This document shows positions 27,811-39,541 of a stretch of 64,000 bases of DNA, piece by piece. Below the pieces are notes generated by a model that was given only the letters and a program-made list of their open reading frames with translations, was not told the DNA's origin and did not search any database. Origin of the DNA: Synechococcus sp. (GTDB lineage: Bacteria > Cyanobacteriota > Cyanobacteriia > PCC-6307 > Cyanobiaceae); assembly GCA_047284725.1 (NCBI GenBank), contig JBJBEO010000001.1, positions 1,848,203 through 1,912,202 of the forward strand. Reading direction: 5' to 3'. Made by a program: the position numbers and the translations under genes. Position 1 is the first letter of the stretch, and each line of letters starts with the position of its first letter.

Positions 27811-29244
27811 GTGTCGGTTCGCGTTCGTCTGGCTCCAAGCCCTACAGGAACCCTCCATATTGGAACGGCTCGAACAGCGGTTTTCAACTGGTTGTTTGCG
27901 CGCAACAGCGGCGGATCCTTCCTCCTTCGCATCGAAGATACCGACCGCGAACGATCCAAGGACGCCTTTACCGCCAACATCCTCGAAGGCTTGCAGTGGC
28001 TTGGCATCAACTGGGACGAAGAGCCCGTCATCCAAAGCAAGCGGATTGCCGATCACCGTGCGGCGATCCAGACGCTGCTTGATCGGGGCTTGGCCTACCG
28101 CTGCTACGCCAACGAACGTGAGCTTGAGGCCATGCGCAAGGCCCAGAAAGCCGCCAATCAGGCCCCCCGCTACGACAACCGCCACCGTGATCTAACCCCT
28201 GAGCAGGAAGCGGCTTTCCAACAGGAAGGCAGAGATGCAGTGATCCGTTTCCGCATCGATGACAACGCCGAAATCCGCTGGACCGACCTCGTCAGAGGCC
28301 CCATGAGCTGGCGGGGTGCGGATCTCGGTGGCGACATGGTGGTGGCCCGCAGGGCTCCAGCCGATCAGATCGGAGATCCCCTCTACAACCTTGTGGTGGT
28401 GGTGGATGACGCGGCGATGGCGATCACCCATGTGATTCGAGGCGAAGACCACATCGCCAACACCGCCAAGCAACTGCTGCTCTACGAAGCACTAGGCCTC
28501 TCCAAACCGACTTTCGCCCACACACCGCTGATCCTGAACTCCGAAGGGCGCAAATTGTCCAAGCGTGATGGAGTCACCTCCATCAGCGACTTCCGCTCGA
28601 TGGGCTACACCGCTGATGCGATCGCCAACTACATGACGTTGTTGGGCTGGTCTGTACCGGAAGGAATGGAGGAGCGCTTCACCCTGGCTCAAGCGGCTGA
28701 GGTCTTCAGTTTCGATCGTGTCAATAAAGCGGGTGCCCGCTTCGACTGGGACAAACTCAACTGGCTCAATGCCCAGGTTCTCCACGAGCAGACTCCCGAG
28801 CAGCTCTTGGCTGCACTCGAACCGCTCTGGTCTGAACAGGGCTGGACGCTCCCCAACGACCGCAACTGGTCGCTTGCGCTGTGTGAACTGCTTGGCCCCT
28901 CCCTGACCCTGATCAAAGACGGAATCGATCAAGCGGCTCCGTTCTTTGCAGAACCGCCCCTCGAAGACGATGCCGTCAAACAACTGGAGCAGGAAGGGGC
29001 CCGCAACGCCCTGAAGGCGCTGCTCTCAAACCTCGACGCCAGCCCTTGGGATGGCATCAACCGTGACGAGGGCCAAGAGCTGCTGGCCAACGCAGTCAAA
29101 ACCGCTGGTGTGAAGAAAGGGGTGTTGATGAAGTCCCTGAGGGCCGCCTTGCTCGGACGACTGCAAGGTCCTGACCTGATGACCACCTGGGGGCTACTGG
29201 CCAGACTCGGGGCTGACCGTCAACGCATTCACCGCAGCGTCTGA
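27811..29244 (+). CDS. gltX: Glutamate--tRNA ligase
   Basis: [28 protein letters not shown]. Confidence 0.97.
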   Translation: MSVRVRLAPSPTGTLHIGTARTAVFNWLFARNSGGSFLLRIEDTDRERSKDAFTANILEGLQWLGINWDEEPVIQSKRIADHRAAIQTLLDRGLAYRCYANERELEAMRKAQKAANQAPRYDNRHRDLTPEQEAAFQQEGRDAVIRFRIDDNAEIRWTDLVRGPMSWRGADLGGDMVVARRAPADQIGDPLYNLVVVVDDAAMAITHVIRGEDHIANTAKQLLLYEALGLSKPTFAHTPLILNSEGRKLSKRDGVTSISDFRSMGYTADAIANYMTLLGWSVPEGMEERFTLAQAAEVFSFDRVNKAGARFDWDKLNWLNAQVLHEQTPEQLLAALEPLWSEQGWTLPNDRNWSLALCELLGPSLTLIKDGIDQAAPFFAEPPLEDDAVKQLEQEGARNALKALLSNLDASPWDGINRDEGQELLANAVKTAGVKKGVLMKSLRAALLGRLQGPDLMTTWGLLARLGADRQRIHRSV

Positions 29245-30462
29245 GCCTCCCTCCTCCATGCCTGCTGGCTCCGGCTCCACCAAACCGAGCATCTGGGCCA
29301 AGGGTTGAGCCGTCAATCCCTGCAGGCCAACGGTCATCAGGATCGTGAGAAAGACCAGACCCTGAAGACGACCAGCACCCAACACCCCTGCCTGCTCCAG
29401 GCGAATGGCGAAAAGGGAGGCCACTGCCGCCGTGACGATGCCGCGGGGAGCGAGCCAGCCCATGAACAAGCGCTGCCGCCAGTCCAGGGGAAGACCAATC
29501 GTGGCGAGTCCCACAGCTGCCGGGCGCACCACCAGCATCAAGAGAAGCACACAGCTCACACCTCCCCAACCGAGCGGACTGAGCTCTGCCCAGGACACAT
29601 CAGCGGCAAGCAAAGGGAACAACATCGTGATCGCCAAACGCGCCAACTCACGGATCAGCTCATCCAGCTGAGCCGCCTCCGTGAAGGGCCTGCGGCCAAC
29701 AACGAAACCAGCGGCCACGGAGGCCGGCAGCCCAGATTCCGGCAACAACCATTCACAGGTGCCGAACATCAGAAACAGTGCCCCAAGCGTGATCTGGAGC
29801 CGGAGCCCGACTGCAGGGTCGGGGCGTAAACGGCGCAGCGCTTCCGATAACAGCCAGCCGACGCCGAGACCAATCACCACCCCACCACCGAGCCGAGCCA
29901 TCAAACCGATGGCCAGCTCTCGCCAGCCATGCAGATTGCCCAGCAGCAATTCCAGCAACAGCAGGGCCAACACAGCTCCCACAGGCTCCAACACCAACCC
30001 TTCAGCTTCCAGCACATCTCCGAGGGGAGAAGCGAGGCGTATCTGCTGAATCAACGGTGTGACCACCGTCGGGCCTGTCGCCAGCACGATGGCGCTGTAC
30101 ACCGCTGCCACCGACCAGCTGAGCCCCGCCAACCAGTGCGCGGCACACAAGCCGGCAACAAGAGACAGCAGCAAACGGATCACGGAAATCCGGAGCACGG
30201 TTGCTTTGATCGTGTCTCCGGGAAGACGCAGGTTGAGGCCCCCGTCAAACAAGACAAGGCTGACGAGTAAACCCACCACCGTCGCCAGCCCCTGGCCGAG
30301 ATCCAGAGGCTCCACCAGCCCAAGGCCAGAACGCCCGATCAGCAAGCCCGACAGCAGCAGCAGCACCACGCCCGGTAACCCCGACAACGCTGCCAGCAGG
30401 CGTGCGGAGGCCCCGGCAAACACCGTGACCCCCCACAACAGCCCCAGCCGTTCAGGCGTCAT
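29194..30462 (-). CDS. CPA1 (NhaP-type) cation:proton antiporter
   Basis: LFDGGL, TGPTV, LEAEG, APRGIV; polytopic. Confidence 0.9.
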   Translation of the reverse strand: MTPERLGLLWGVTVFAGASARLLAALSGLPGVVLLLLSGLLIGRSGLGLVEPLDLGQGLATVVGLLVSLVLFDGGLNLRLPGDTIKATVLRISVIRLLLSLVAGLCAAHWLAGLSWSVAAVYSAIVLATGPTVVTPLIQQIRLASPLGDVLEAEGLVLEPVGAVLALLLLELLLGNLHGWRELAIGLMARLGGGVVIGLGVGWLLSEALRRLRPDPAVGLRLQITLGALFLMFGTCEWLLPESGLPASVAAGFVVGRRPFTEAAQLDELIRELARLAITMLFPLLAADVSWAELSPLGWGGVSCVLLLMLVVRPAAVGLATIGLPLDWRQRLFMGWLAPRGIVTAAVASLFAIRLEQAGVLGAGRLQGLVFLTILMTVGLQGLTAQPLAQMLGLVEPEPAGMEEGGSDAAVNALTVSPESGQ

Positions 30463-30697
30463 CGATGGCCGAGAATTGCGGCTCCACCCGAAGCCCGATC
30501 ACCGCCTCGGGACGCAACACCAGATATTCACCATCCAACTCCCCCAGGGGCACATTGACGAACCCGGAGCCCGCCGCAGCACTGACCAAGCCCTGATACC
30601 ACTGCTGAAACTGCTCAAGCGTGGGGAAATGCACCATCTCGGTCTGCCCACCACTCAAATGCAGTGAAACAGCGTATCGGCGGGGAGTGCGAGTCAT
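30452..30697 (-). CDS. Hypothetical protein (81 aa)
   Basis: Overlaps both neighbours in an operon-like run; natural composition. Confidence 0.7.
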   Translation of the reverse strand: MTRTPRRYAVSLHLSGGQTEMVHFPTLEQFQQWYQGLVSAAAGSGFVNVPLGELDGEYLVLRPEAVIGLRVEPQFSAIDDA

Positions 30698-31320
30698 CGG
30701 CGAACAGTCAAAGCCTGAACATTGTCACCAGGATGACCAATCCCCAGCCTTGGTGCCGCAGTCCAGGCCTGCAGAGAAGCCGAACCCGCCAGGTACAGAG
30801 GATGCCTGGGATGCCCCGACCGGGTCGTCCCCAGACACAGGGGCCCAGACGCCCCATGCTGTTGTCGCAGGCTTTTCAGCTCCGAGAGACGCTCCAGCAT
30901 CCATTGATCACGGCGACCGAGCCCACCGCCTGCGCCCCACCCCAACCAGAGAGTCCAACCAGGACAACGGCACCAGCGCTGCAACCAGCTGTTCAGCACC
31001 GCATCGTTGGCATCCCCCACCGGCCTGCGATGGCGACGCAACACAGCGGGGGATGGGGTGATCAACGCAAACAGATTGATCACCACCAGGCGTCGGTAGC
31101 CCCAGGTTTGGGCAAAGCCACTCAGCCGCCGCATCGTCGGGTCGTCGGTGTTGGCATCAGCGCGCGAAGGATTCAGTCCGCAGAAAATCAGGGTGTCGCA
31201 GGCACCATCCATCCGTTGACGGGCGCAGGGATCATTCCAGTAACGCTCCAGAAACCAGCGATAGCGACCGCAGCGGCTGAAGGCCGCCCGTCCGTTCACC
31301 CCAGAGGTCGCCACAGGCAC
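30694..31320 (-). CDS. DUF1643 family protein
   Basis: GRYRW, GLNPSRAD...DDPT, NLFA, PRHPLY. Confidence 0.88.
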   Translation of the reverse strand: MPVATSGVNGRAAFSRCGRYRWFLERYWNDPCARQRMDGACDTLIFCGLNPSRADANTDDPTMRRLSGFAQTWGYRRLVVINLFALITPSPAVLRRHRRPVGDANDAVLNSWLQRWCRCPGWTLWLGWGAGGGLGRRDQWMLERLSELKSLRQQHGASGPLCLGTTRSGHPRHPLYLAGSASLQAWTAAPRLGIGHPGDNVQALTVRR

Positions 31321-31322
31321 AA

Positions 31323-32435
31323 TCAGAGCTTGAGAAGGGTGCGAGCCGCTTCAAGAATCCGTGCACTGGCCTGACCATCGCCAAAAGGATTCACAGCCCG
31401 GGCCATGGCGTCATAGGCATTGGGATCGTTGAGGAGGCGACTGGCCTCAGCCGCGATCGCGTTGGCATCCGTTCCCACCAGGCGAGCCGTGCCGGCGTCC
31501 ACGGCCTCGGGGCGTTCGGTGGTGCGACGCAACACCAGAACCGGTTTTCCGAGGGCAGGTGCCTCTTCCTGCAATCCGCCTGAATCGGTGAGCAACAGGG
31601 TGCAGCCCTTCATCGCCGCCACCAGACGGTCGTAATCAAGAGGCTCGGTCAACACCACGCGTGGATGTCCACCCAACAGCTCTTGCAACGGTTCCCGCAC
31701 GGTTGGATTGCGGTGAAGAGGCAACAGCAAAGCCGTGTCGGGATGGTCGTTCAGCACCTTGAGCATGCCCTCGGCAATGGATCGCAGTCGGTCACCCCAG
31801 TTTTCCCGCCGATGCACGGTGGCCAGAATCACGCGTTGGCGCTCCCAGTCGATCGCCACGTCATCGAGATGAGGAGCACGTTCTGCCATGCGGAGCAAGG
31901 CATCAATCACGGTGTTGCCAGTCACCATCACGCGTCCCAGCACCCCTGAGGCCTGAAGGTTGCGCTCCGAGCGTTCCGTGGGGGCGAAATGGAGCTGGGC
32001 CACCTGAGAGATCAGGCGACGATTGGCCTCCTCCGGGAACGGATCAAAAATATTGTCGGTGCGGAGCCCCGCCTCCACATGGCCAACCGGGATCTGCTCG
32101 TAGAACGCCGCGAGAGATGCAGCAAAGGCTGTTGTCGTGTCTCCCTGGACTAACACCAGTGATGGGGGATAGGCCTGAAAGTCATCCCTGAGCCCCTGGA
32201 GGGCCGCGCAGGTCACGTGGGTGAGGGTCTGACGGGGTGCCATCAGATCGAGGTCGTGGTCAGCCTTGATCCCAAAAAGATCCATCACCTGCGTGACCAT
32301 CTCGCGATGCTGCCCGGTGAGCACAACCCGCGTTTTCAGGCGATCACAGGCCTGGAACTCTTGAATCACCGGCGCCAACTTGATCGCCTCAGGCCGGGTG
32401 CCGAGCACAATCGTCACCCTGGGCTTCCCAGCCAT
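31323..32435 (-). CDS. wecB: Non-hydrolysing UDP-N-acetylglucosamine 2-epimerase
   Basis: GTRPEAIK, TGQH, QGDT, HVEAGLR, HRREN, DSGGLQEE. Confidence 0.96.
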   Translation of the reverse strand: MAGKPRVTIVLGTRPEAIKLAPVIQEFQACDRLKTRVVLTGQHREMVTQVMDLFGIKADHDLDLMAPRQTLTHVTCAALQGLRDDFQAYPPSLVLVQGDTTTAFAASLAAFYEQIPVGHVEAGLRTDNIFDPFPEEANRRLISQVAQLHFAPTERSERNLQASGVLGRVMVTGNTVIDALLRMAERAPHLDDVAIDWERQRVILATVHRRENWGDRLRSIAEGMLKVLNDHPDTALLLPLHRNPTVREPLQELLGGHPRVVLTEPLDYDRLVAAMKGCTLLLTDSGGLQEEAPALGKPVLVLRRTTERPEAVDAGTARLVGTDANAIAAEASRLLNDPNAYDAMARAVNPFGDGQASARILEAARTLLKL

Positions 32436-32529
32436 AGGACCAACCACGTTCGAAACACTCTAAGAGCGATTGAAGGTTGCAAGATCCGCAGCTTTGGCGA
32501 TGCTGAAGAGATCAGCCAGAGAGACTGCC

Positions 32530-33753
32530 GTGACCAGTCCGGTCTTCCCCCCCGGGTTCCCCCCTCTTCCCCAGCAGCCCGAGGCGGCACCGAGCCAGAG
32601 CGGTACCCGAATTCCTGCCTCCAGTCCCGCCGAGCGCCGAGCCCCTGCGCCAACCCCGCCTGCGCCAACCACAACGCCAGCCCCCCGGGGGCAAGGGCCA
32701 ACCCTCGAGGAGATCGTGCGGATCGCGAATGACGCCGGCCACTCCGATGTGCACCTGGGTGTTGGAGAAACACCCCGCTATCGCGCCCGCGGAGAAATGC
32801 AGCTCACCGAATGGCCGGTGAGCACACCGGAGGTTTTCCAGGCCTGGCTTCAGGAAATCCTGACACCACACCAGATTGATTCCTTTACGACCCACAAGGA
32901 ATTCGACGGATCCCACGCGTTCCCTTTCGTGCGCGTCAGGATCAACCTGCTCGATTCACTGCACGGGCCAGCGATGGTGCTGCGCCTGATTCCCCAGACG
33001 ATCCTCACCCTGGAACAGCTGCATCTGCCGGATGTGCTGCAGGAACTGTCGTCGCGTCCCAAGGGACTGGTGCTGGTGACTGGACCCACGGGCTCAGGCA
33101 AGAGCACCACCCTCGCCGCCATGATCGATTGGATCAACAGTCACCAGACCAGGCACATCCTCACGATTGAGGATCCTGTGGAGTTTGTGCATCAGAGCCG
33201 GAATTCCCTGATCCGCCACCGCGAGGTGGGACAACACACACTCAAATTCCACAACGCCTTACGGGCGGCCTTGCGCGAAGACCCCGACGTGATCCTGGTG
33301 GGGGAGATTCGTGATCGCGAGACCCTGAGCACAGCCCTGGAGGCATCCCAAACCGGTCACCTGGTGTTCGGCACGCTCCACACCAACTCAGCGGTGAAAA
33401 CCGTGGAACGCGTCCTCGGCATGTATCCCCCCGATGAACAGGAGAGCGTGCGTCGGGCACTGTCGGAATCGTTGCTCGGGGTGATTGCCCAGGGTCTGAT
33501 CCGCACCACGGATGGCAAGCGTGCCGCCTACCACGACATCTTGATCAACACCGATGCCTGCAGGGATTACATCCAGCGAGGGGCCCTTGATGAGGTCGAG
33601 GAAATCATGGAGCGCAGTCGTTTTGATGGCATGTGCACCATCAACCAGTCGCTGCTTGAACTGGTTCAGGCCGACAAGGTGGAAGCGCAGAGTGCGATAG
33701 CCGTGAGCCTCAAGCCCAATGAACTGGCGCAGGCCCTGCGCGGCAGGAGTTAG
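32530..33753 (+). CDS. pilT: Type IV pilus retraction ATPase PilT/PilU with Pro-rich N-terminus
   Basis: SDVHL, GPTGSGKST, TIEDPVE, LREDPD, TGHLVFGTLHT; GTG start inferred. Confidence 0.92.
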   Translation: MTSPVFPPGFPPLPQQPEAAPSQSGTRIPASSPAERRAPAPTPPAPTTTPAPRGQGPTLEEIVRIANDAGHSDVHLGVGETPRYRARGEMQLTEWPVSTPEVFQAWLQEILTPHQIDSFTTHKEFDGSHAFPFVRVRINLLDSLHGPAMVLRLIPQTILTLEQLHLPDVLQELSSRPKGLVLVTGPTGSGKSTTLAAMIDWINSHQTRHILTIEDPVEFVHQSRNSLIRHREVGQHTLKFHNALRAALREDPDVILVGEIRDRETLSTALEASQTGHLVFGTLHTNSAVKTVERVLGMYPPDEQESVRRALSESLLGVIAQGLIRTTDGKRAAYHDILINTDACRDYIQRGALDEVEEIMERSRFDGMCTINQSLLELVQADKVEAQSAIAVSLKPNELAQALRGRS

Positions 33754-33780
33754 ACGACAGATCGCACAGCGCAAACAGCC

Positions 33781-33969
33781 TCAGAAGAAGCTGCCCCTGA
33801 CCAAACGGACGATCAACAGAATCCCCAGGCCGACGGAAAGACCAAGCATCGCCAGTCGTCCATTCCAGATCTCAGCCTGGGGCGTGAAACCACGCCGCCA
33901 GGAATTGAGTTCACCTTTGGAGACATCTTCGACCTGGGTGCCACGGTCCGATGGTGACTGGGAATCCAT
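33781..33969 (-). CDS. hli: High-light-inducible protein
   Basis: GFTPQAEIWNGRLAMLG chlorophyll-binding motif. Confidence 0.92.
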   Translation of the reverse strand: MDSQSPSDRGTQVEDVSKGELNSWRRGFTPQAEIWNGRLAMLGLSVGLGILLIVRLVRGSFF

Positions 33970-34008
33970 GGCAGACGAAACTCTAATCGGATCGTAAGAA
34001 CAAACCTC

Positions 34009-35079
34009 TCAGAACGGCGGCGGATGGGCTTGAAGGGCCGACGCCTGATCGAGGGGCCAGCGCGCTGAGACCCCCAAGGACAGAGCACTGCGCTGCACAC
34101 CCCGAGCCAACCGCTGCAGGGCCGCCGCGCCCACCATGGCGGCGTTGTCCGTGCAATACGCCAAAGGCGCACAATGCACGGACACGCCGGCCTTGGCACC
34201 GCACGTTTCCATCAAGTCCCGTAATCGATGGTTCGCCGCCACGCCCCCCACCATCACGAGGCTGCTGAGTTGATGCTCGCTGCAGCACCGCAAACTGCGT
34301 TCCACCAGCACGTCGGCCACCACTTGCTCAAAACTCGCCGCCAGATCAGCCAGAGGAAGCTCCTCTGACTGCTGCCTCAAGGACTCGACCTGTCGGAGCA
34401 TCGCTGTTTTCAAACCACTGAAGGAGAAGTCATAGGGGTAGAAACCGCCCTCAGGTCGCTTCACCCGCCCTTTCGGCAGCGCGAAACGGCGGGCATTGCC
34501 TTGCACCGCGGCCGCCTGAATCGCAGGCCCGCCCGGATAGCCCAAGCCCAGCAAACGGGCCACTTTGTCGAAGGCTTCGCCTGCAGCATCGTCATGACTG
34601 CGACCGAACCGCTGCATCTCTCCATCAGACCCCACCCGAATCAATTCGGTGTGGCCACCACTCACCAGCAGCACCAAGTATGGGGGCTGCGGGGGATCCT
34701 CAGCCAATTGCACGGAGGCCAGATGGCCCTCCAGATGATGAATCGCCAAAAAAGGGCGTTGATGCAGCGCAGCCAGCGTGCGTGCCGTCACCGATCCCAC
34801 CATCAGGGCTCCCACCAGACCTGGAGCCACCGTTGATGCCACGGCATCAAGCTGTTCGACCCCGACACCGGCCTCGCTCAGCACCGTCTCAACAAGATGG
34901 GGAAGGGCCTCCACATGGCGGCGAGAGGCGATTTCAGGCACAACCCCTCCCCACTGGGCATGCTCTTCCACCTGGGAAGCGATGCGATGGGCGAGCACCT
35001 CCAATCCGCCCCCCCGACGCCGCACAATGGCGGCAGCCGACTCGTCACAACTTGTTTCGAGCGCCAGCACGGTGGTCAT
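34009..35079 (-). CDS. tsaD: tRNA t6A37 threonylcarbamoyltransferase
   Basis: [46 protein letters not shown]. Confidence 0.97.
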   Translation of the reverse strand: MTTVLALETSCDESAAAIVRRRGGGLEVLAHRIASQVEEHAQWGGVVPEIASRRHVEALPHLVETVLSEAGVGVEQLDAVASTVAPGLVGALMVGSVTARTLAALHQRPFLAIHHLEGHLASVQLAEDPPQPPYLVLLVSGGHTELIRVGSDGEMQRFGRSHDDAAGEAFDKVARLLGLGYPGGPAIQAAAVQGNARRFALPKGRVKRPEGGFYPYDFSFSGLKTAMLRQVESLRQQSEELPLADLAASFEQVVADVLVERSLRCCSEHQLSSLVMVGGVAANHRLRDLMETCGAKAGVSVHCAPLAYCTDNAAMVGAAALQRLARGVQRSALSLGVSARWPLDQASALQAHPPPF

Positions 35080-35156
35080 TCGACTGGGCAGCCTCCCCTA
35101 GTGTCCTCATGTGACATCCTGCCGTTTCGGGGCAGGCTCAATCAGGAATCGTTCCG

Positions 35157-35636
35157 ATGCGTCGTCTCTTCGCCCTTGCGCTTTCGGCCCTTCTTGTCTT
35201 CGGCTTCGCCCCTGTTGCCAAGGCTGATGTGGCAGGTCTGACTCCCTGTTCCGAGAGTGCTCGTTTCCAGCAGCGCGCGAGCGCAGCCGCCACTCCGCAG
35301 GCCAAAGCCCGCTTCGAGATGTACAGCCAGGCAGTCTGCGGTGACGATGGCCTTCCCCACTTGATCGTGGATGGCCGTTGGAGCCATGCCGGTGATTTCG
35401 TTTACCCCGGCCTGATGTTCCTTTACATCACCGGCTGCATCGGCTGGGCTGGTCGTGAGTACCTCAAGGCCACCCGTGGCACCAAGGACCAATACACCAA
35501 AGAGATCCAGATCGATCTGAAACTCGCCCTCAAGAGCTGCATTGCGGCTGCCACGTGGCCCCTGGCCGCATTCGGTGAGTTCACCAGCGGCAAGCTGCTG
35601 GAAAGCGACGACAAGGTGACCATTTCACCTCGCTGA
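35157..35636 (+). CDS. psaF: Photosystem I subunit III
   Basis: [33 protein letters not shown]. Confidence 0.97.
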   Translation: MRRLFALALSALLVFGFAPVAKADVAGLTPCSESARFQQRASAAATPQAKARFEMYSQAVCGDDGLPHLIVDGRWSHAGDFVYPGLMFLYITGCIGWAGREYLKATRGTKDQYTKEIQIDLKLALKSCIAAATWPLAAFGEFTSGKLLESDDKVTISPR

Positions 35637-35682
35637 TCGCCGATCGGCCCTTCATCTCCAACGTTCTTCCCTTTGTCTTCCG

Positions 35683-35799
35683 ATGCAGAAATTCCTCACC
35701 ACCGCCCCTGTGGTTGCCGCGATCTGGTTCACCCTCACAGCAGGCATCCTGATTGAGTGGAACCGCTTCTTCCCCGATCTCCTCTTCCACCCCATGTGA
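35683..35799 (+). CDS. psaJ: Photosystem I subunit IX
   Basis: Hand translation [38 protein letters not shown]. Confidence 0.97.
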   Translation: MQKFLTTAPVVAAIWFTLTAGILIEWNRFFPDLLFHPM

Positions 35800-35803
35800 G
35801 TGG

Positions 35804-35855
35804 TTGAGACCCTTAAAAAAGGTGGGGCCTGAGGCCCCTTTTTTAATGGTCTCAA
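35804..35855. terminator. Bidirectional terminator between psaJ and gmk
   Basis: TTGAGACC-CTTAAAAAAGG-TGGGGCC-TGA-GGCCCC-TTTTTTAAT-GGTCTCAA extended inverted repeat between convergent genes. Confidence 0.85.
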
Positions 35856-35893
35856 GTTGATGCACAACCCTGCTGATTCAAGGCAACCAGGCG

Positions 35894-36460
35894 TTAGGTG
35901 AGAGCCATCAACCGTTCAAGGTCGACCAACGCCTGATCAAGGTTGTCGTTGACAACAACAGCGTCAAATTCGTCACAGGCGGCAAGCTCTTCCCGCGCCC
36001 GCTCAAGACGACGGAGGATCGCCTCTTCCGCATCAGTGCCGCGACCACGAATGCGCTGTTCCAGCACCTCAAAACTGGGAGGCGCCAGAAAAATCTGAAA
36101 GGCATCGGGAAAACTACGCCGAACTTGCCGAGCCCCCTCGAGCTCAATCTCCAGAAGCACAGGAGATCCGGCCTGCAGGCGGTCTTGCACAGGAGCACGA
36201 GGCGTTCCGTAGCAGTTACCAGCGAATTCGGCCCACTCCAGAAGCCCGCCCTCGGCCAAAAGAGCCTCGAAGCCTTCACGACTATGGAAAAAGTAATGCG
36301 TTCCGTCCTGTTCTCCCTCGCGAGGTGAACGGGTGGTGGCGGAAACCGACAGCCAGAGCTTGGGATGCCTTTGCAACAGTCGACTCACCAAGGTTCCTTT
36401 GCCCACTCCGCTGGGGCCGGTGAGCACCGTGAGCCTGGCGGTTGTCTCAGAAGCGGCCAT
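35894..36460 (-). CDS. gmk: Guanylate kinase
   Basis: [28 protein letters not shown]. Confidence 0.96.
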   Translation of the reverse strand: MAASETTARLTVLTGPSGVGKGTLVSRLLQRHPKLWLSVSATTRSPREGEQDGTHYFFHSREGFEALLAEGGLLEWAEFAGNCYGTPRAPVQDRLQAGSPVLLEIELEGARQVRRSFPDAFQIFLAPPSFEVLEQRIRGRGTDAEEAILRRLERAREELAACDEFDAVVVNDNLDQALVDLERLMALT

Positions 36461-36526
36461 GGGAGGTTTGAGGTCACCCTGCAGAGTAGAGAGGCATCCC
36501 GCTGGGCCGAGTTGGCTGACTGACTG

Positions 36527-38275
36527 ATGGGTTCGCCCCTTCCCCAGGTCATGGACTTCACCACTCTGAGGGCCGTGGTGAGTGATCTGGATGGCCGCAT
36601 CCTGCCCAGCCGCTTTGAAAAAGCTCAACAGTCGGATCCCCAGACTCTCCAGCTTGGCTTTCGCACCCTGAAGGGCATGGTGTGGCTTGAGCTGAGCTGG
36701 CGAGCCGAATGCCCCCGCCTGGTTCAGATCCCGCCACCACCCCGCGATGGTTCAGGCAGCACCCTTGCGCAGCAGCTCCAGCACGCCCTGCGCCAACTCG
36801 CCCTTGTGCAACTCAGTCAGGAGGGGTTTGAACGGGTCGTGACGTTCTCATTCGCCAGCCGACCTGGCGATCCCCTGCAACGAACTCTCGTGCTGGAACT
36901 GATGGGCCGTCACAGCAACCTGTTACTTCTGGATGAGACCCAGCGCGTCATCGCCCTGGGCCGACAGGTGCGCGACCACCAATCCCGAGTGCGTCCAATC
37001 GGCACCGGTGACCGTTATGTGCCACCGCCACCGCTGCAGAGCATGCCGCCAGAGCGAGAGGAGAGCTTCGATCGCTGGCAACAGCGCCTCAGCCTGGTGC
37101 CAGTGACCCTGGGCAAGGCCCTGCCTCAGACCTACCAGGGCATCAGCCCTGCATTGGCACGCCAACTCGCCTCGAACCAAGCCAAAAGCGCCACAGACCT
37201 GCTGAACACGCCAGTGCAGCACTTGAGCCAGCAGCAATGGCGTGGCCTGCACTGTCAATGGCAGCAATGGCTCACATGTCTCGAACGGGGCCAGTTCGGC
37301 GTCAACCCTGCGGATGCCATGGCCACCGGCTACAGCGTCTGGCCAGCCGAAGGAGCATCCAGGGGGACACACCAACCCCCTTGGTTACGCAGTGCAGAAC
37401 CCTTGAGCCTGAGCCTTGGTCGCTACTACACCTCTCAGCTGCAGAGACGAGCGCTGGCGCAACAGAGCGACGAGCTGAGGCAGCAACTGATCCAGGCTCG
37501 AAAGCGCGAACAAAACCAGCTCAACGAACAGATCAGCCGACTGAAGGCCACGGAACAAGCACCGGAGCTGCAGCAACAGGCCGATGCGCTGTTCTGCCTG
37601 CAAAGCCCAAACCGCGACGAGATCGCCCAGGCCCAGAAGCTCTATCAACGCGCCAAGAAACTGCGGCGTGCCGTCCCCCAACTGGAGGAGCGCCAACGCC
37701 ACCATCGCCAGCGTTTGGCTCTGATCGATGGCAGTGAAGCGTTTCTCGATGATGTGCTCGCCGCCGACTGGGACCAAAGCGAGCAACGTCTCCAACGCCT
37801 GAGCGAACTCCGCCATGAAGCACAGGAGCTGCTGATCCCTCGTCAACGGGGACGCAAGCGCCCTGGGGTGCAGCGCAAACAAGGGCACCCGCAACCGCTG
37901 GAGCTCCAGTCCCCTTCCGGTCTGACCATCCAAGTGGGCCGGAACCACCGTCAGAACGACTGGATCAGTCTGCGTCAGGCAAAACCGGGAGATCTCTGGT
38001 TCCACGCCCAGGAATGTCCAGGCAGTCATGTGGTGCTGAAAGCCTCCACATGCCCTGCCGATGACGATGACCTGAGACTCGCCGCAGACCTGGCGGCATT
38101 GTTCAGCCGCGCCCGCGGAAACCGACGGGTCGCCGTCGTGATGGTGCCCGTGGAGCAGCTGCAGCGGATTGTCGGTGCCGGACCAGGCACCGTGCGCCAT
38201 AAAGGAGGAACCGTTTGCTGGGCTGAGCCGGAGCGAGCCGGGCGTCAGCTGCAGTCTGGAAAACTTCTAGCCTGA
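36527..38275 (+). CDS. NFACT/RqcH (FbpA-like) ribosome quality-control protein
   Basis: [35 protein letters not shown]. Confidence 0.9.
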   Translation: MGSPLPQVMDFTTLRAVVSDLDGRILPSRFEKAQQSDPQTLQLGFRTLKGMVWLELSWRAECPRLVQIPPPPRDGSGSTLAQQLQHALRQLALVQLSQEGFERVVTFSFASRPGDPLQRTLVLELMGRHSNLLLLDETQRVIALGRQVRDHQSRVRPIGTGDRYVPPPPLQSMPPEREESFDRWQQRLSLVPVTLGKALPQTYQGISPALARQLASNQAKSATDLLNTPVQHLSQQQWRGLHCQWQQWLTCLERGQFGVNPADAMATGYSVWPAEGASRGTHQPPWLRSAEPLSLSLGRYYTSQLQRRALAQQSDELRQQLIQARKREQNQLNEQISRLKATEQAPELQQQADALFCLQSPNRDEIAQAQKLYQRAKKLRRAVPQLEERQRHHRQRLALIDGSEAFLDDVLAADWDQSEQRLQRLSELRHEAQELLIPRQRGRKRPGVQRKQGHPQPLELQSPSGLTIQVGRNHRQNDWISLRQAKPGDLWFHAQECPGSHVVLKASTCPADDDDLRLAADLAALFSRARGNRRVAVVMVPVEQLQRIVGAGPGTVRHKGGTVCWAEPERAGRQLQSGKLLA

Positions 38276-38407
38276 TCCCAGTCAAAACAAGACCCTCTGA
38301 GCCCCACCAATCCGATCGACCAGCAGGACGACGCCCCTCAGCCGCTTCCGCCACCACCACCGATTCGGATCGGCAGTACGGCACCTGATCTGCCATCCGA
38401 TCAGGAG

Positions 38408-39142
38408 ATGCCCCTTGTCGATCATCTCGAAGAACTGCGTCAGCGCGTGTTACGCAGCCTGATCGCCGTGGTGGTGGCAGCTCTGGCATGCCTGGTGGTC
38501 GTCAAGCCATTGGTGCGATTGCTGGAGGAGCCGGCAGGTTCGATTCATTTCCTTCAGCTTGCACCGGGCGAGTTTCTGTTCGTGTCGTTCAAGGTGGCGG
38601 GTTACGCAGGCTTGACCCTCGCCCTTCCCTACGTCCTCTATCAGGGGCTGGCTTTTGTGCTGCCGGGTCTCACCCGCAAAGAACGCCGCTTGATTGCCCC
38701 TGCGGTGGCTGGCTCCGCGGTGCTGTTCCTGGCAGGTCTGGCCTTTGCCTGGTGGGCGCTCGTGCCAGCGGCTCTTCGCTTTCTGGTCAGCTACGGCGCT
38801 GATGTGGTCGAGCCGCTGTGGTCAATCGAGCGCTATCTGGATTTTGTCCTCCTGCTGATGCTGGCCACAGGTCTGGCCTTTCAGCTGCCGGTGCTGCAGC
38901 TGCTCCTGGGACTGTTTGGCCTGCTGAGCTGGCGATCGATGCTGGCGGCCTGGCGCTGGGTGGTTCTGTCAGCCGCCCTGGCAGGAGCCGTGCTCACCCC
39001 GTCCACCGACCCGGTGACCATGCTCCTGTTAGCTGGAGCGATCACAGCCCTGTTCCTGATCGGCGTGGGATTGGTGGCAGCCACCCAGGGCTTTAAAGCA
39101 GAAACTCCTCAAGACGCTCAGCCCCCTGGAGCGGCAGGCTGA
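38408..39142 (+). CDS. tatC: Twin-arginine translocase TatC
   Basis: MPLVDHLEELRQR, PGL, FQLP, TPSTDP; may start further upstream. Confidence 0.95.
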   Translation: MPLVDHLEELRQRVLRSLIAVVVAALACLVVVKPLVRLLEEPAGSIHFLQLAPGEFLFVSFKVAGYAGLTLALPYVLYQGLAFVLPGLTRKERRLIAPAVAGSAVLFLAGLAFAWWALVPAALRFLVSYGADVVEPLWSIERYLDFVLLLMLATGLAFQLPVLQLLLGLFGLLSWRSMLAAWRWVVLSAALAGAVLTPSTDPVTMLLLAGAITALFLIGVGLVAATQGFKAETPQDAQPPGAAG

Positions 39143-39437
39143 GGGCCTTGCCAAGCCGTGGGCGATCGCGGGTGGTGGAGAGCCAATCACGCACCACATC
39201 GGCCTGAGCTAAACGATTCACAACATCAATCACCTTGGCGATGTGCTCCCGATAAGCGGATTCGTCGAGGGGAAACGACTGTTGCTCAAGAAAAGCCCAC
39301 ATCACGTGCAGGTAAAGACGGCCTCTGCGCACCACCAGCTGAAGGTCGTAACTCGCCTGCCAGCGCTGCTGCAGGCAGCTGATCACCTCATCCACGGTGA
39401 GAGGGCGAGGTGCCCCTGCTGCGATTTGGTCAAGCAC
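39093..39437 (-). CDS. DUF3067 family protein
   Basis: RWQASYD, VMWAFLEQQSFP, RPRLGKA. Confidence 0.85.
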   Translation of the reverse strand: MLDQIAAGAPRPLTVDEVISCLQQRWQASYDLQLVVRRGRLYLHVMWAFLEQQSFPLDESAYREHIAKVIDVVNRLAQADVVRDWLSTTRDRPRLGKALSLPLQGAERLEEFLL

Positions 39438-39541
39438 GGAGTCGGCAGTTCAAACAGTCGTTAAAGCCCTGTCATCGCAAAGCGTGAAGAGACCTTTAGC
39501 GTCCATAATGGTCGCCATTCAGTGACGGTTGATCACCCGCC

